Of a stretch of 64,000 bases of DNA, positions 1 to 9,662 are shown piece by piece. This DNA is from Spirochaetia bacterium (GTDB lineage Bacteria > Spirochaetota > Spirochaetia > SZUA-6 > Bin103), in assembly GCA_965203905.1 (NCBI GenBank), contig CBDBDQ010000005.1, positions 6,080,001-6,144,000 on the forward strand, read 5' to 3'. Positions within the stretch are counted from its first letter, which is position 1, and each line of letters begins with the position of its first letter. The notes beneath the pieces are model-generated. The model worked only from the letters and a program-made list of their open reading frames with translations, was not told where the DNA came from and did no database searches. The position numbers and the translations under genes were made by a program.

Positions 1-1
1 C

Positions 2-1420
2 ACCCACTTCTACAACAACGCCGTGTGCGTCGCCACCCGCGCCTCGCTGCTCACCGGCAAGTACTGCCACAAGGTGGGCCTGGGACACCTCGGGGGCCGC
101 CTGTGCGCCGGCCGCAACAACGTCACCTTCGCCGAGTTGCTGCGCGACGACGGCTACCGCACCCTGATGTCCGGCAAGTGGCACAGCGGCCACGGCCCGG
201 GCGAGTTGCCGGTGCAGCGCGGCTTCGACCGTTACTGGGGGCTGGTCGACGGCGGCAGCAACTACTTCAACCCCGGCCTGCGGCGGCCCGGCGAGCCGGA
301 GCCGGTGCACAAGGCTCCCGGCGACTGCCGCTTCTGGGGCGACGACGAACGCCTGATCAAGCCGTTCACCCCGGAGGATCCCGACTTCTATATCACCGAT
401 TCCTTCAGTGAGCGCGCGGTGGCGTTTCTCGACCGCTACGGGGCCGACGAGCGGCCGTTCCTGCTGTACCTGGCCTACACCGCCCCCCACTTCCCGCTGC
501 ACGCCCCACCCGACGACATCGCCCGCTACCAGGGCCGCTACCTGACCGGCTGGGACGAGGTGCGGCGGCGGCGCTACCGGCGCCTGCTCGAACTGGGCCT
601 CGTGCAGCCGCACTGGGGAATCTCCGAACGAGACGCGATCTGCGAGAGCTGGGAGCAGGCTGAGAACAAACCGCGCTGGGACCGCAAGATGGCGGTCTAC
701 GCGGCGATGGTGGAGCGCATGGACCGCGGCATCGGCCGCGTGCTCGACAAGCTGCGGGAGCTGGACGCGGAGGAGAACACCCTGGTGCTGTTCCTGTCCG
801 ACAACGGCGGTTGCGGCGAGCACATCGACAACACGCCGGATCGCGATCCGGGCAGCGTGGACACCTACACCACCGTCGACGCGCCGTGGGCCAATGCCAG
901 CAACACCCCGTTCCGCAAGTACAAGGTGTTCGACCACGAGGGCGGCATTGCGACCCCGCTGATCGCCTCCTGGCCGCGCGTCATCCGCCCCGGCACCATC
1001 ACCCACCAGATCGGCCACGTCATCGACTTCCTGCCCACCTTCGCGGAGCTGGCCGGAGCGGCCTACCCGACCCGCTTCGGCGGCCAGCCGGTCACTCCGT
1101 CCGACGGCAGGAGCCTGGCCCCGATTCTGCGCGGCGAGCGGCGCGAGCCCCATCCCGCCCTGTTCTGGGAGTTGAGAGGCTGCCGGGCAGTGCGCCGCGG
1201 CCGCTGGAAGGCGGTGAGCCTGGGGCCCGAGCGCTGGCACACCGGCCACCGGATACCCCCCGGCTGCGACGGCTGGGAGCTGTACGACATGGAGTCGGAC
1301 CGCTGCGAGCTCCACGACCGGGCGCGCGAGCACCCCGGCATCGTGCAGGAGCTGGACCGGGTCTGGCACGACTGGTTCGCGGCCTGCCGCGACGAGAAAG
1401 AGCGCGCAACAGCCGGATGA
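2..1420 (+). CDS. Arylsulfatase (formylglycine-dependent sulfatase), 5' end outside the window
   Basis: Frame open from base 2 (THFYNNAVCVATRASLLTG). Contains GYRTLMSGKWH, YLAYTAPHFPLH, FLSDNG, EGGIATP and ELYDM sulfatase motifs. Confidence 0.93.
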   Translation, partial: THFYNNAVCVATRASLLTGKYCHKVGLGHLGGRLCAGRNNVTFAELLRDDGYRTLMSGKWHSGHGPGELPVQRGFDRYWGLVDGGSNYFNPGLRRPGEPEPVHKAPGDCRFWGDDERLIKPFTPEDPDFYITDSFSERAVAFLDRYGADERPFLLYLAYTAPHFPLHAPPDDIARYQGRYLTGWDEVRRRRYRRLLELGLVQPHWGISERDAICESWEQAENKPRWDRKMAVYAAMVERMDRGIGRVLDKLRELDAEENTLVLFLSDNGGCGEHIDNTPDRDPGSVDTYTTVDAPWANASNTPFRKYKVFDHEGGIATPLIASWPRVIRPGTITHQIGHVIDFLPTFAELAGAAYPTRFGGQPVTPSDGRSLAPILRGERREPHPALFWELRGCRAVRRGRWKAVSLGPERWHTGHRIPPGCDGWELYDMESDRCELHDRAREHPGIVQELDRVWHDWFAACRDEKERATAG

Positions 1421-1427
1421 ACCGGGG

Positions 1428-3038
1428 TCATTCCAGTGGTTCCGGCTGCAGCACCAGGGTCTGATTCGGCGCCAGGTCGCGGCGCTCCGTGACGCGGCCG
1501 TCGGCCCAGGTGACGCGCAGCAGGTCGACCGTGGCGGCGGCTCCCAGCCCGAAGTGGGCGGACAGCTCGGGGACCCCGCTGTAGGTGCTGCCGCCGTGGA
1601 TGACGCGGTACTGCCAGCGGCCGCCGGCCTGCAGCGCTACCCGGGTGCCGAAGCCGTGCGGCGCCAGGTGCGGCGCGCCGCGGGTATCGGCGAACACCCG
1701 CAGCCAGTTGGTCCCCGGACCTGACAGGTCGTTGCGGTAGAGGCTGACCGGCCCCTGCTGGTTCACGAACAGCAGGTCCTGGTCGCCGTCGTTGTCGTAG
1801 TCGAAGTGCATCAGGCCACGGCCCTGCTTGCGGTGCACCAGGCCCACCTCGAAGGTGGCGTGATGGAAGCTGAGGCCGCCGCGGTTGAGGAACACGTGGC
1901 TGGGCTCGCTGATCCACTCCAGCATGCCCTCCGGGTTGGGCTTCTCCCAGCCGTTGGTAGCCACCAGGTCGAGCAGGCCGTCGTGGTCCAGGTCCACCGC
2001 CACGGCACCCCAGCCCCAGCCGCCGTTGTTCACCCCGGCGGCTTCCGAACGCTCGCGGTAGCGGTGCCCCCCCTGGTTGACGTACAGCATGTTGCCGTTG
2101 TCCTTGCTCACCGAGCCGCCGTCGGCGTAGACCGAGGTGAGGTACCAGTCGAGCAGGCCGTCGTTGTCGAGGTCGCCGATGGCGCTGCCCATGCCATTGG
2201 CCGCGCGGTCGGTGCCGGACGCCTCCGTGGCGTCGACGAACGCGCCGGGGGCGTCGTGACTGCCGGCGCCGCCGTTGCGCAGGTAGCGGCTGGTGCCGAA
2301 GTCGGCCGCGATCAGCAGCTCCGGGTAGCGGTCGCCGTCCATGTCCACGAATGCCGGCGCGAAGGCCCAGATCGCGAGGTCGGCGGCGATGGTCGCGGTG
2401 GCGTCGGCGAAGCGCGGCGGCTCGCGGCCGAGGTTGCGATAGAGCCGGTTGCCCTGCGGCTCGGCGTAGGCGGTGACGAACAGGTCGAGGTCGCCGTCGC
2501 GGTCGTAGTCGCCGAAGGCGGCACCCATGGCGTCGGGCCAGTCGATGAGCGGTCCGGCCACCCCGGCGTCGGCGGCGACGTCGCGGAACACCGGTACCCC
2601 GTCGTCCTCCGCGGTCCCGGCGTTGTGATACAGGCGGTGCTGCCTGATCCGCGTTGGTCCGTCCGCCGGCCCCAGGCTGGTCACGAACAGGTCCAGCCAG
2701 CCGTTGCGGTCGTAGTCGCCCACCGCCGCCGCGATGCCGCGGTGGTACGCCGCCAGGCCGGCCGCCGCGGCGTGGTCGCTGAAGGTGCCGTCGCCGTTGT
2801 TCAGGTACAGCGCATCCGGCGCCCCCCCGCCGCCCAGCAGGAACAGGTCCTGCCAGCCGTCGCGATTGAAGTCCCCCACCGTGGCGCCGCCGGTCATGTT
2901 GGCGAAGGGGAATGCCAGCGGCTCGCGCGGCGCCACCAGGCCCGCGCCCACGGTCGCCTCCTGAAACGCAAGCTCGGCCCACGCGCCGGCGGCCGCGAGG
3001 CCCAGAACCAGGCCCAGCCGCGCGGCCCGCCGGGTCAC
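1428..3038 (-). CDS. CRTAC1-family secreted protein (FG-GAP/VCBS repeats + ASPIC/UnbV C-terminal domain)
   Basis: Repeated GDxDxDGxxDL motifs, C-terminal 'NWLRV...HFGLG...VTWADG' and an N-terminal signal. GTG 3038 overlaps the upstream permease stop (GTGA). Confidence 0.88.
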   Translation of the reverse strand: MTRRAARLGLVLGLAAAGAWAELAFQEATVGAGLVAPREPLAFPFANMTGGATVGDFNRDGWQDLFLLGGGGAPDALYLNNGDGTFSDHAAAAGLAAYHRGIAAAVGDYDRNGWLDLFVTSLGPADGPTRIRQHRLYHNAGTAEDDGVPVFRDVAADAGVAGPLIDWPDAMGAAFGDYDRDGDLDLFVTAYAEPQGNRLYRNLGREPPRFADATATIAADLAIWAFAPAFVDMDGDRYPELLIAADFGTSRYLRNGGAGSHDAPGAFVDATEASGTDRAANGMGSAIGDLDNDGLLDWYLTSVYADGGSVSKDNGNMLYVNQGGHRYRERSEAAGVNNGGWGWGAVAVDLDHDGLLDLVATNGWEKPNPEGMLEWISEPSHVFLNRGGLSFHHATFEVGLVHRKQGRGLMHFDYDNDGDQDLLFVNQQGPVSLYRNDLSGPGTNWLRVFADTRGAPHLAPHGFGTRVALQAGGRWQYRVIHGGSTYSGVPELSAHFGLGAAATVDLLRVTWADGRVTERRDLAPNQTLVLQPEPLE

Positions 3039-4162
3039 TGCTGCTTGTAGGGATCGGCCGCGTCGCGCAGTCCGTCGCCCAGGAAGTTGAACGCCATCAC
3101 GGTGGCGATCACGAACAGGCCGGGGATCATGAACCACGGGAACACCACCACGCTGCGCACGTTCTGTGCCCGCTGCAGCAGCACTCCCCAGCTCACCGCC
3201 GGCGCCCGCAGTCCCAGGCCGAGGAAGCTCAGCGCGGTCTCGGCGAGCACGATCTCGGGAATCGCCAGGGTCAGGTGCACGATCAGGTAGCTGGCGAACG
3301 ACGGCAGCATGTGGCGCGCGATGATCGCCCCCTCGCGCATGCCCGCGATGCGCGCCGCCATGGTGAAGTCATGCTCGCGCAGCTCCAGCAGCTTGCCACG
3401 CACCACCCGCGCCAGCGAGCCCCAGCGTACCAGGGAGAGGATGACGACGATCCCGAAGTACACCTGCAGCACCGACCACTCGCGTGGCAGGGCGGCGGCC
3501 AGCGCCATCCACAGCGGGATGGTGGGGATCGAGATGATGAACTCGATCACGCGCTGGATGAAGGTATCGACTCCGCCGCCGAAAAACCCCGAGATACCGC
3601 CCAGGGTGAGGCCGATGGCGAAGGAGAGCAACACCCCCACCAGCCCGATGGAGAGGGAGATGCGCGCGGCGCAGATGGTGCGCGAGAACAGGTCGCGCCC
3701 CAGGCTCTCGGTGCCGAACAGGAAGACCCCGGCCGGTCGCTCGACGCCGAACAGGCGGACGTTGGACCGAACCAGGCCGAGCACCTTGTACTCCTCGCCC
3801 GGGATGAACAGCCGGATCGGATAGCGCACGTCGGTGAGCTCGGTGAAAGTGGACTCGAAGGTCTCCAGGTCCAGCGACGCCTCGGTCTGGTACACGTAGG
3901 GCCGTACCAGGCGGCCCTCGTGCAGGAAGCGGATGCGCGACGGCGGATGGTTCTGCAGGCCCTGGAACCGCTCGGTGATGCCGTACGGCGTCACGAACTC
4001 GCAGAACAGCGCCATCAGGTAGAACAACGCCAGCACCGCCCCACCCGCGATCGCCATGTGGTGGCGGCGGAACTTCTGCCACATGAGGGTCCACTGTGAG
4101 GCCAGGTAGTAGCGCTCCTGCGCCGCGTCCAGCCGCTCGCCGCGATAGGTCGCGTCGGACAC
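3035..4162 (-). CDS. Peptide/nickel-type ABC transporter permease (OppC/DppC family)
   Basis: LFGTESLGRDLFSR, EAA-like 'FTMAARIAG', LSFLGLG, FNFLGDGLRDAADP. Confidence 0.93.
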   Translation of the reverse strand: MSDATYRGERLDAAQERYYLASQWTLMWQKFRRHHMAIAGGAVLALFYLMALFCEFVTPYGITERFQGLQNHPPSRIRFLHEGRLVRPYVYQTEASLDLETFESTFTELTDVRYPIRLFIPGEEYKVLGLVRSNVRLFGVERPAGVFLFGTESLGRDLFSRTICAARISLSIGLVGVLLSFAIGLTLGGISGFFGGGVDTFIQRVIEFIISIPTIPLWMALAAALPREWSVLQVYFGIVVILSLVRWGSLARVVRGKLLELREHDFTMAARIAGMREGAIIARHMLPSFASYLIVHLTLAIPEIVLAETALSFLGLGLRAPAVSWGVLLQRAQNVRSVVVFPWFMIPGLFVIATVMAFNFLGDGLRDAADPYKQQ

Positions 4163-4166
4163 GACG

Positions 4167-5159
4167 TCAGCTCGTCTGCGCGGAGAGGCGGATCCGCGGG
4201 TCGACCATCACCAGCACGAGGTCCGACAGCAGGGTTCCTATGACGGTGAGGAAGTTCAGGAACAGCAGCAGCGACGACGCCAGGAACATGTCCTGGAACT
4301 GCAGCGCCGTGAACAGCATCGGGCCCACCGTGGGCAGGCCGATCACCAGCGAGGTGATGATCTCGCCGGACACGATCACCGGCAGCAGCCAGCCGATGGT
4401 GCTAATGATCGGGTTGATGGCCACCCGCACCGGGTACTTGAACAGCAGGCTGCCCTCGCGCACTCCCTTGGCGCGCGCCGTGATCACGTACTGCTTCTCC
4501 AGCTCGTCCAGCAGGGTGGCGCGCATCACGCGGATGATGCCGGCGGTGCCCGCGGTGCCGACGATGACGATCGGCAGCGGCAGATGCTTCAGCAGGTCCC
4601 ACACCTTGGCCACGCTCCACGACGCCTTCATGTACTCCGGCGAGAACAGTCCCCCCGGACTCATGCCCAGGGCCAGCAGCGCCATCATCAGGATCAGGGC
4701 GAGCAGGAAATTGGGCGTGGCCAGGCCGATGAAGCCCATGAACGAGAAGAAGTAGTCGCCGATCCTGTACTGGTGGGTGGCGGAGTAGATGCCGATCGGT
4801 ATCGCCATCACGAAGGTGAAGATCAGCGTCGATCCCGACACCAGGGCGGTGAGCGCCAGGCGCTCGCCGATTACCTCCGACACGCGCCGGTTGAGCAGGA
4901 ACGAGAAGCCGAAGTTGCCCTGCAGCACGTTGGAGAACCAGCGCCAGTACTGCACGTAGATCGGCTGATCCAGCCCGTAGTTCTTGCGCATGCCGTCCAG
5001 CATCGCCTGATCCGCCGCCTCGCCGGTCTCGGTAAGCCGGCGGGCGATCGACGAAACCAGGTCACCGGGCGGGAGCTGGATGATGATGAAGGAGACCACG
5101 GTCAGCACCCACAGCAGCAGGATCATGTAGAGGATGCGCCGGATCAGGTATTGGGTCAT
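4167..5159 (-). CDS. Peptide/nickel-type ABC transporter permease (OppB/DppB family)
   Basis: YLIRRI...PGD, YGLDQPIYVQY, YVITARAKG, DPRIR. Confidence 0.93.
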   Translation of the reverse strand: MTQYLIRRILYMILLLWVLTVVSFIIIQLPPGDLVSSIARRLTETGEAADQAMLDGMRKNYGLDQPIYVQYWRWFSNVLQGNFGFSFLLNRRVSEVIGERLALTALVSGSTLIFTFVMAIPIGIYSATHQYRIGDYFFSFMGFIGLATPNFLLALILMMALLALGMSPGGLFSPEYMKASWSVAKVWDLLKHLPLPIVIVGTAGTAGIIRVMRATLLDELEKQYVITARAKGVREGSLLFKYPVRVAINPIISTIGWLLPVIVSGEIITSLVIGLPTVGPMLFTALQFQDMFLASSLLLFLNFLTVIGTLLSDLVLVMVDPRIRLSAQTS

Positions 5160-5167
5160 GTGCGGCC

Positions 5168-5213
5168 AAAAAAGGGGGCCGGCACGGGAAGCGCTTCCAC
5201 GCGGCCGACCCCC
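5168..5213 (-). terminator. Intrinsic terminator/attenuator-like hairpin between the SBP gene and the permease
   Basis: Minus strand GGGGTCGGCCGCGTGGAAGCGCTTCCCGTGCCGGCCCCC forms a long GC stem followed by T6. Confidence 0.7.
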
Positions 5214-5232
5214 TGATCTGCGAAACTACCGT

Positions 5233-7314
5233 CTATTCCTTGATGAACCAGGTATCGATGGCGTAGGTGTTCACCAGACCCAGCACGGTCACTCCCTGCT
5301 CGTAGTCGCGCGGCACGTTGGCGAGCCGGTCCGCGAACGCCATCACCCGCGGCTTGGGGCTGACCGTGGCCACATGCCACAGGTTCTTCGCGTTCAGCGT
5401 GAGCAGCTCGTTGGCCAGCTTCTCGTATCCGGCGCTGCCGTACTCCGCCACCTGCAGCTCGCGCACCACCTCGAACAGGCGCAGCATGTCCGGGTCGTCC
5501 GGCTTCTCGCCGTCGGCACCGTTGCTGTCGTACCAGATGCGCCACGGCGCCGAGGTGGAGGCGCAGCAGTGAATCCAGTGCCAGGCGGGCATCAGCCGCA
5601 CCGGGTAGTTGATGCGCGCGGTGATCTCCGCACCGCCGCCGCCGGGCCAGAAGGAGGAGTCGATCTCGTTGGCCAGCGCGCGCTCGTGCTGCAACTCCTC
5701 CGGCGTGTACTTCTGGGTCATGTTCACGCCGATCTCCGCCCAGTAGCTGCTGATCAGCTCCATGCCGTCCTCGTAGGAGGCGTCCCAGCCGGCCGGCCAG
5801 GAGCCCTCGAAGCCCAGCACCTTGCCGTCGGGGCGCAGCCGCCACTTGCGGTCGCCGTCCCACTCCAGGCCCATCTCGTCGAGCAGCGCGTTGGCGCGGT
5901 CCAGGTCGCGGTCGCGGAAGTCCTCGTTCATCCACGCCTCGTAGCCGGTCCAGTGGGTCGGAGCGTTGAGCACCACCGGCTTGAACTGGCCGAAGAACAG
6001 GGTGTCGCTCATGTCCTGGCGATCGATCGCCAGCGACAGCGCCTGGCGGAAGCGGACGTCGTTGAAGATCTCGCGCAGCACCGGGTCCTTGTGGGTGTAG
6101 TTCAGCACGTAGCCGAACTCGGTGGCGCTGCTGCCGTTCTCCATCAGCACGATCTGGTAGCCGCCCGAGTCCTCGTTGCGCTTGTACACCGGCAGATCCG
6201 GCAGGTTGAGCCCGGCGGTGAAGTCCAGCTCGCCGGCCATCAGCTTGACCGGAACCTGCTCCTCCGGCTTCGGGAACATCGGCACCAGCACCTGGTCCAC
6301 GTAGGGGAGCTGGTTGCCGGCGGTGTCCACCTTCCAGTAGTAGGGGTTGCGCTGCCACAGCTCCGAGTCGGGAGACTCCTCCGCCAGCTTCCACGGATCC
6401 AGCACCGGCATCGGGATGTCGTTGGCCGACAGGGTCACCGGCCGGGTGCCGCCGCCGTCGCGCTCCGCGGAGCGGTCGTTGAACGACTGCGACCAGCTCT
6501 CGTAGCCGCCCTCGCGCGCCAGTTCCTCGGCGTTTTCGCCGAAGTCGATGTGGTACTTGGCCAGGTAATGCTCCGGGTGGAACGGCCGCGTGGCCATCAT
6601 CCGCAGCGGCGCCGTGGCATAGGCATCGGGCCAGGTGTAGGCCACCGTGTACTGGTCGACCTTCTCGATGGTGGGCAGGCTGCCGCGCCAGATGACGTTG
6701 CGGGAGCGGATGCGCGAGAACACGCGGTCGTCGCCGCCCACCGCCTGCATCCAGAACACGAAGTCGTCGGCGTCGAACAGCTCGCCGTCCGACCACTTCA
6801 TGCCCGGCCGCAGGTGCAGGGTGAAGGTGCGGTCGCCGTTGGACTGCTCCCAGCCGATGATCAGGTTGGGAAAGATCTGGCTGATGTCCGGGTTGTAGGC
6901 GGTGAGGAGCTGCGACGAGCCTTCCACGATGGCGCCGGGGGCCGCCTCGCGACCGTCGCCGTTGCTGTTGAAGGTGCCGCCGTAGCGTCCGATCTCGTCC
7001 ACCGGCCGGATCACCGCGGGATCGGGCGGCAGCCGCTGGTCCAGCGGCGGCAGGTCGCCGGAGGCAACCAGGGCCGCCAGGGCGGGAGCCTCGCTGAAGC
7101 TGTCGATGGTCTTGCCGGTCGCCGCGGTGTAGGCGGTCACCGTCGGCCAGATGTGGTCGCGATACGGCTCGCCCTCGGTGGCCATGCCGGCGCTGGCCGC
7201 ACCCGCACCGGCCGCGCCTCCCGTGCCCTCGCCTTCGCCGCCCGCGAACAGTGGCGTGGTGCTCAGCAGGGCAGCCAGCGCGGCGCCCGCCAGAAGTCTC
7301 GATAGTTGTTTCAC
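5233..7314 (-). CDS. ABC transporter substrate-binding protein, family 5
   Basis: GTG 7314 after an AGGAGG RBS. Signal peptide ending LFAGG, 'GDLPPLDQRLP', 'LRPGMKWSDG', 'RNPYYWKVDTAGNQLPYVD'. Confidence 0.92.
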   Translation of the reverse strand: MKQLSRLLAGAALAALLSTTPLFAGGEGEGTGGAAGAGAASAGMATEGEPYRDHIWPTVTAYTAATGKTIDSFSEAPALAALVASGDLPPLDQRLPPDPAVIRPVDEIGRYGGTFNSNGDGREAAPGAIVEGSSQLLTAYNPDISQIFPNLIIGWEQSNGDRTFTLHLRPGMKWSDGELFDADDFVFWMQAVGGDDRVFSRIRSRNVIWRGSLPTIEKVDQYTVAYTWPDAYATAPLRMMATRPFHPEHYLAKYHIDFGENAEELAREGGYESWSQSFNDRSAERDGGGTRPVTLSANDIPMPVLDPWKLAEESPDSELWQRNPYYWKVDTAGNQLPYVDQVLVPMFPKPEEQVPVKLMAGELDFTAGLNLPDLPVYKRNEDSGGYQIVLMENGSSATEFGYVLNYTHKDPVLREIFNDVRFRQALSLAIDRQDMSDTLFFGQFKPVVLNAPTHWTGYEAWMNEDFRDRDLDRANALLDEMGLEWDGDRKWRLRPDGKVLGFEGSWPAGWDASYEDGMELISSYWAEIGVNMTQKYTPEELQHERALANEIDSSFWPGGGGAEITARINYPVRLMPAWHWIHCCASTSAPWRIWYDSNGADGEKPDDPDMLRLFEVVRELQVAEYGSAGYEKLANELLTLNAKNLWHVATVSPKPRVMAFADRLANVPRDYEQGVTVLGLVNTYAIDTWFIKE

Positions 7315-7477
7315 TGTGAGGTTCCTCCTCCTTGAGGGATGGCACCAGATAGCACGTACGCCGCCGAACTGCAACCGCGAGGGCGCCGGTCCGGACGCCC
7401 GCGGGCCCAGGTGCGAGCGCGGAAGGTAGCGCCTCGCAACGGCGCCGGACCTCGATCGCGTCCCCGGACCGCTACTG

Positions 7478-7870
7478 CTATTCCGATTCCCCCTGCTTCT
7501 CGTATAACGCCCGGATGAAGCGCCGGGCGCTGTCACCGTGCATGCGGCCGATGGAACAGGCGCCATCGAGAATCACCCCGTCCTGGATGATCAGCTCCGG
7601 GGTGGAAAGATCGCCCATCACCCGGGCCGTGGACAGCAGCAGCACCCGGCTCTCGGCGGTGATGTTGCCGAGCACCACACCCTCCACCACCACGATGTTG
7701 GCGAAGATGTCGGTCTTGACCTTGCCCGCCGGCCCCACGTAGAGCTGCTCCACCTCCAACAGCGGCCCCACGAAGCGGCCATCGATACGGAGGTTGCCGT
7801 TGATCGCACAACGCCCCTCGAACGTCGTATTCTCGCCAATGGTCGTGTTGGCGGCGAAGTTGACACGCAC
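7478..7870 (-). CDS. Bactofilin (polymer-forming cytoskeletal protein)
   Basis: TTIGENTTFEG...LRIDG...VVEGVVLGNI...GDLSTPELIIQDGVILDG beta-helix pattern. Confidence 0.9.
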   Translation of the reverse strand: MRVNFAANTTIGENTTFEGRCAINGNLRIDGRFVGPLLEVEQLYVGPAGKVKTDIFANIVVVEGVVLGNITAESRVLLLSTARVMGDLSTPELIIQDGVILDGACSIGRMHGDSARRFIRALYEKQGESE

Positions 7871-7884
7871 CGGGCCGTAGGCTA

Positions 7885-8982
7885 TTACGAATCGTCCGCC
7901 GTTGGCGACCGCTCGGCCGGCGGCTCCGGCGGTTCGACGCTCGCTGCATCGATCGCTGCCGCGCGCACGCCGTCATAGAGCCCCGCGGCGGCGTTCGGCA
8001 GGGGCGCGGCCAGCCCCCATACCACGCGCGCCGGGACCACGGTGCGAGCTCCCGCGGGAGCCTCGATGCCGGCAACGATGGCAGGCAGCCCCGGATCGTC
8101 CACCGACACCAGTACGGTAGCCTCGTATCCGCGACGGTTCCCCCAGTTGCTGACCACCGCGAGCCGGTCGCCGACGGCCAGCGTCCGGAGCGCCTCACCG
8201 GTCAGTTCGCCGGCCTGCAGAAACACCACGCCGGCACCGGCGCTGGCGGCAGCCTCCAGGCTGTTGCGCAGGCCGGCGCTGCCGCGCTCCACGGCGAAGG
8301 GGTGCTCGCTGACCCGGTCCTCAGCTCCACCGGCGGCCAGACCGGCGCGAAACGCCGCCACGGCGGCCGCCCCCGACCCGGTGGCGGCAACCACTGCGAG
8401 CCGTATCGCCGGCTGGTCCGCCAAGTACGCCGCCACCAGGCGACCGGCGCGCTCAAGTGCCGCGCTGCGATCGAACGCGACCTCGGTAACGTTGGCCGGC
8501 GGCTGCGGGAGCGAAGCGTCGCTGGCGCCGGTCCAGGCAAGCTGCACGAAACGGATCCCGGGATGAGCCGCGGCCAGCACCCCAGCCTCGGACGAGAGCA
8601 ATGGGGTCAGCACCACCCCCGCGTAGCGCGCGGCGGCGAGTTGCGCCTCCAACTCCGCCCGCGGCTCGTCCGCGGTGAGCTCCAGCACCTGCAGGCGGCG
8701 GCCGTCGGCCAGTATCGTCCCGCGCAGCTCGGACTCCAGGGTCGGATAGGCCGCCGTGACGGCGTGCCAGAAGGGCGGCTCCACCGCTACCAGGTAGGTG
8801 TGCTCCGGGCGCGTGCGGCCGCACCCAGCGGCCAGCACCAGCAGCGCGAGGGCGGGGCCGGCCAGCCGTTGCCAGCGCCACCTCCGGGCGTTAGCCGCGG
8901 CCGTCGGAAGCCTCCTTCGGGTAGCGGCGGAGCAGCGGCAGCAGGGTGGCGAGGAACGCCAGCGCGCTGCCGGCCGCAGCAA
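7885..8982 (-). CDS. Putative lipoprotein, periplasmic-binding/BMP-like fold (start uncertain, likely near 8890)
   Basis: Lipobox-like LVLAAGC and alpha/beta pattern (VVLTPLL, VAFDRSAALERAG). Fold is inferred. Confidence 0.55.
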   Translation of the reverse strand: MLRPAARWRSSPPCCRCSAATRRRLPTAAANARRWRWQRLAGPALALLVLAAGCGRTRPEHTYLVAVEPPFWHAVTAAYPTLESELRGTILADGRRLQVLELTADEPRAELEAQLAAARYAGVVLTPLLSSEAGVLAAAHPGIRFVQLAWTGASDASLPQPPANVTEVAFDRSAALERAGRLVAAYLADQPAIRLAVVAATGSGAAAVAAFRAGLAAGGAEDRVSEHPFAVERGSAGLRNSLEAAASAGAGVVFLQAGELTGEALRTLAVGDRLAVVSNWGNRRGYEATVLVSVDDPGLPAIVAGIEAPAGARTVVPARVVWGLAAPLPNAAAGLYDGVRAAAIDAASVEPPEPPAERSPTADDS

Positions 8983-9637
8983 GGTCCGGACGCCGGATCA
9001 CGTCACCGTAGGCGATGGCAGCGGTCGCCAGGGGAAGCACCAGGATGGGCAGCGCCGCCAGAGCACGCCACCAGACCCGGGCCCCGGTGGCGGCCGCCAG
9101 CAGCAGCGCCACGGCGTTCATCAGCGCCAGCCGCAGCAACGGCAACAGCACCAGGCGGTAGAAGCTCGGATCGGCGTAGTGGGTGAGCTGCTCCAGGATC
9201 GCGAGCATGCTGAAATAGCCTCCCAGCGTGACCAGCAGGAACGGCAGCTCGGCGCGCCGGCGGGCGCGGACGCGCGGCCGAGGTTCGCGCTCGCGGCGCG
9301 CCCTTCGCGCGCGCTGCAACAACCCGGAACGGCGGTTGCGGGGGTTGCGGTTGCGGACGTTGCGGTAGCGCCTCAGCCCCAGGGTGACCGCCAGCGCCGC
9401 CAGCAGCGGCGCTGCATGATCCGCCGCCAACAGCCGCAGGTAGAGCAGCTGCGGCTCGTACCGCGGCGGGAATGCCCGCGCCACCATGTTCAGCAGGGGG
9501 AACAGCAGCAGCGCCAGCAGCGCGGCGCCGGCGAACCAGGGCAGCAGCGCCGTGCGGTGGCCGGATTCGGGCGCCACACCGCGCGCCGCCAGCGCCACCA
9601 CGAACAGCGGCGTCGCCAGGTAGGCAAACAGCGTCAT
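8891..9637 (-). CDS. Hypothetical multi-pass membrane protein
   Basis: About 7 hydrophobic segments. ATG 9637 lies just after the guaA stop. Confidence 0.65.
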   Translation of the reverse strand: MTLFAYLATPLFVVALAARGVAPESGHRTALLPWFAGAALLALLLFPLLNMVARAFPPRYEPQLLYLRLLAADHAAPLLAALAVTLGLRRYRNVRNRNPRNRRSGLLQRARRARREREPRPRVRARRRAELPFLLVTLGGYFSMLAILEQLTHYADPSFYRLVLLPLLRLALMNAVALLLAAATGARVWWRALAALPILVLPLATAAIAYGDVIRRPDLAAAGSALAFLATLLPLLRRYPKEASDGRG

Positions 9638-9662
9638 GGAGCTGCCCGATGCGGGGCGCCGC

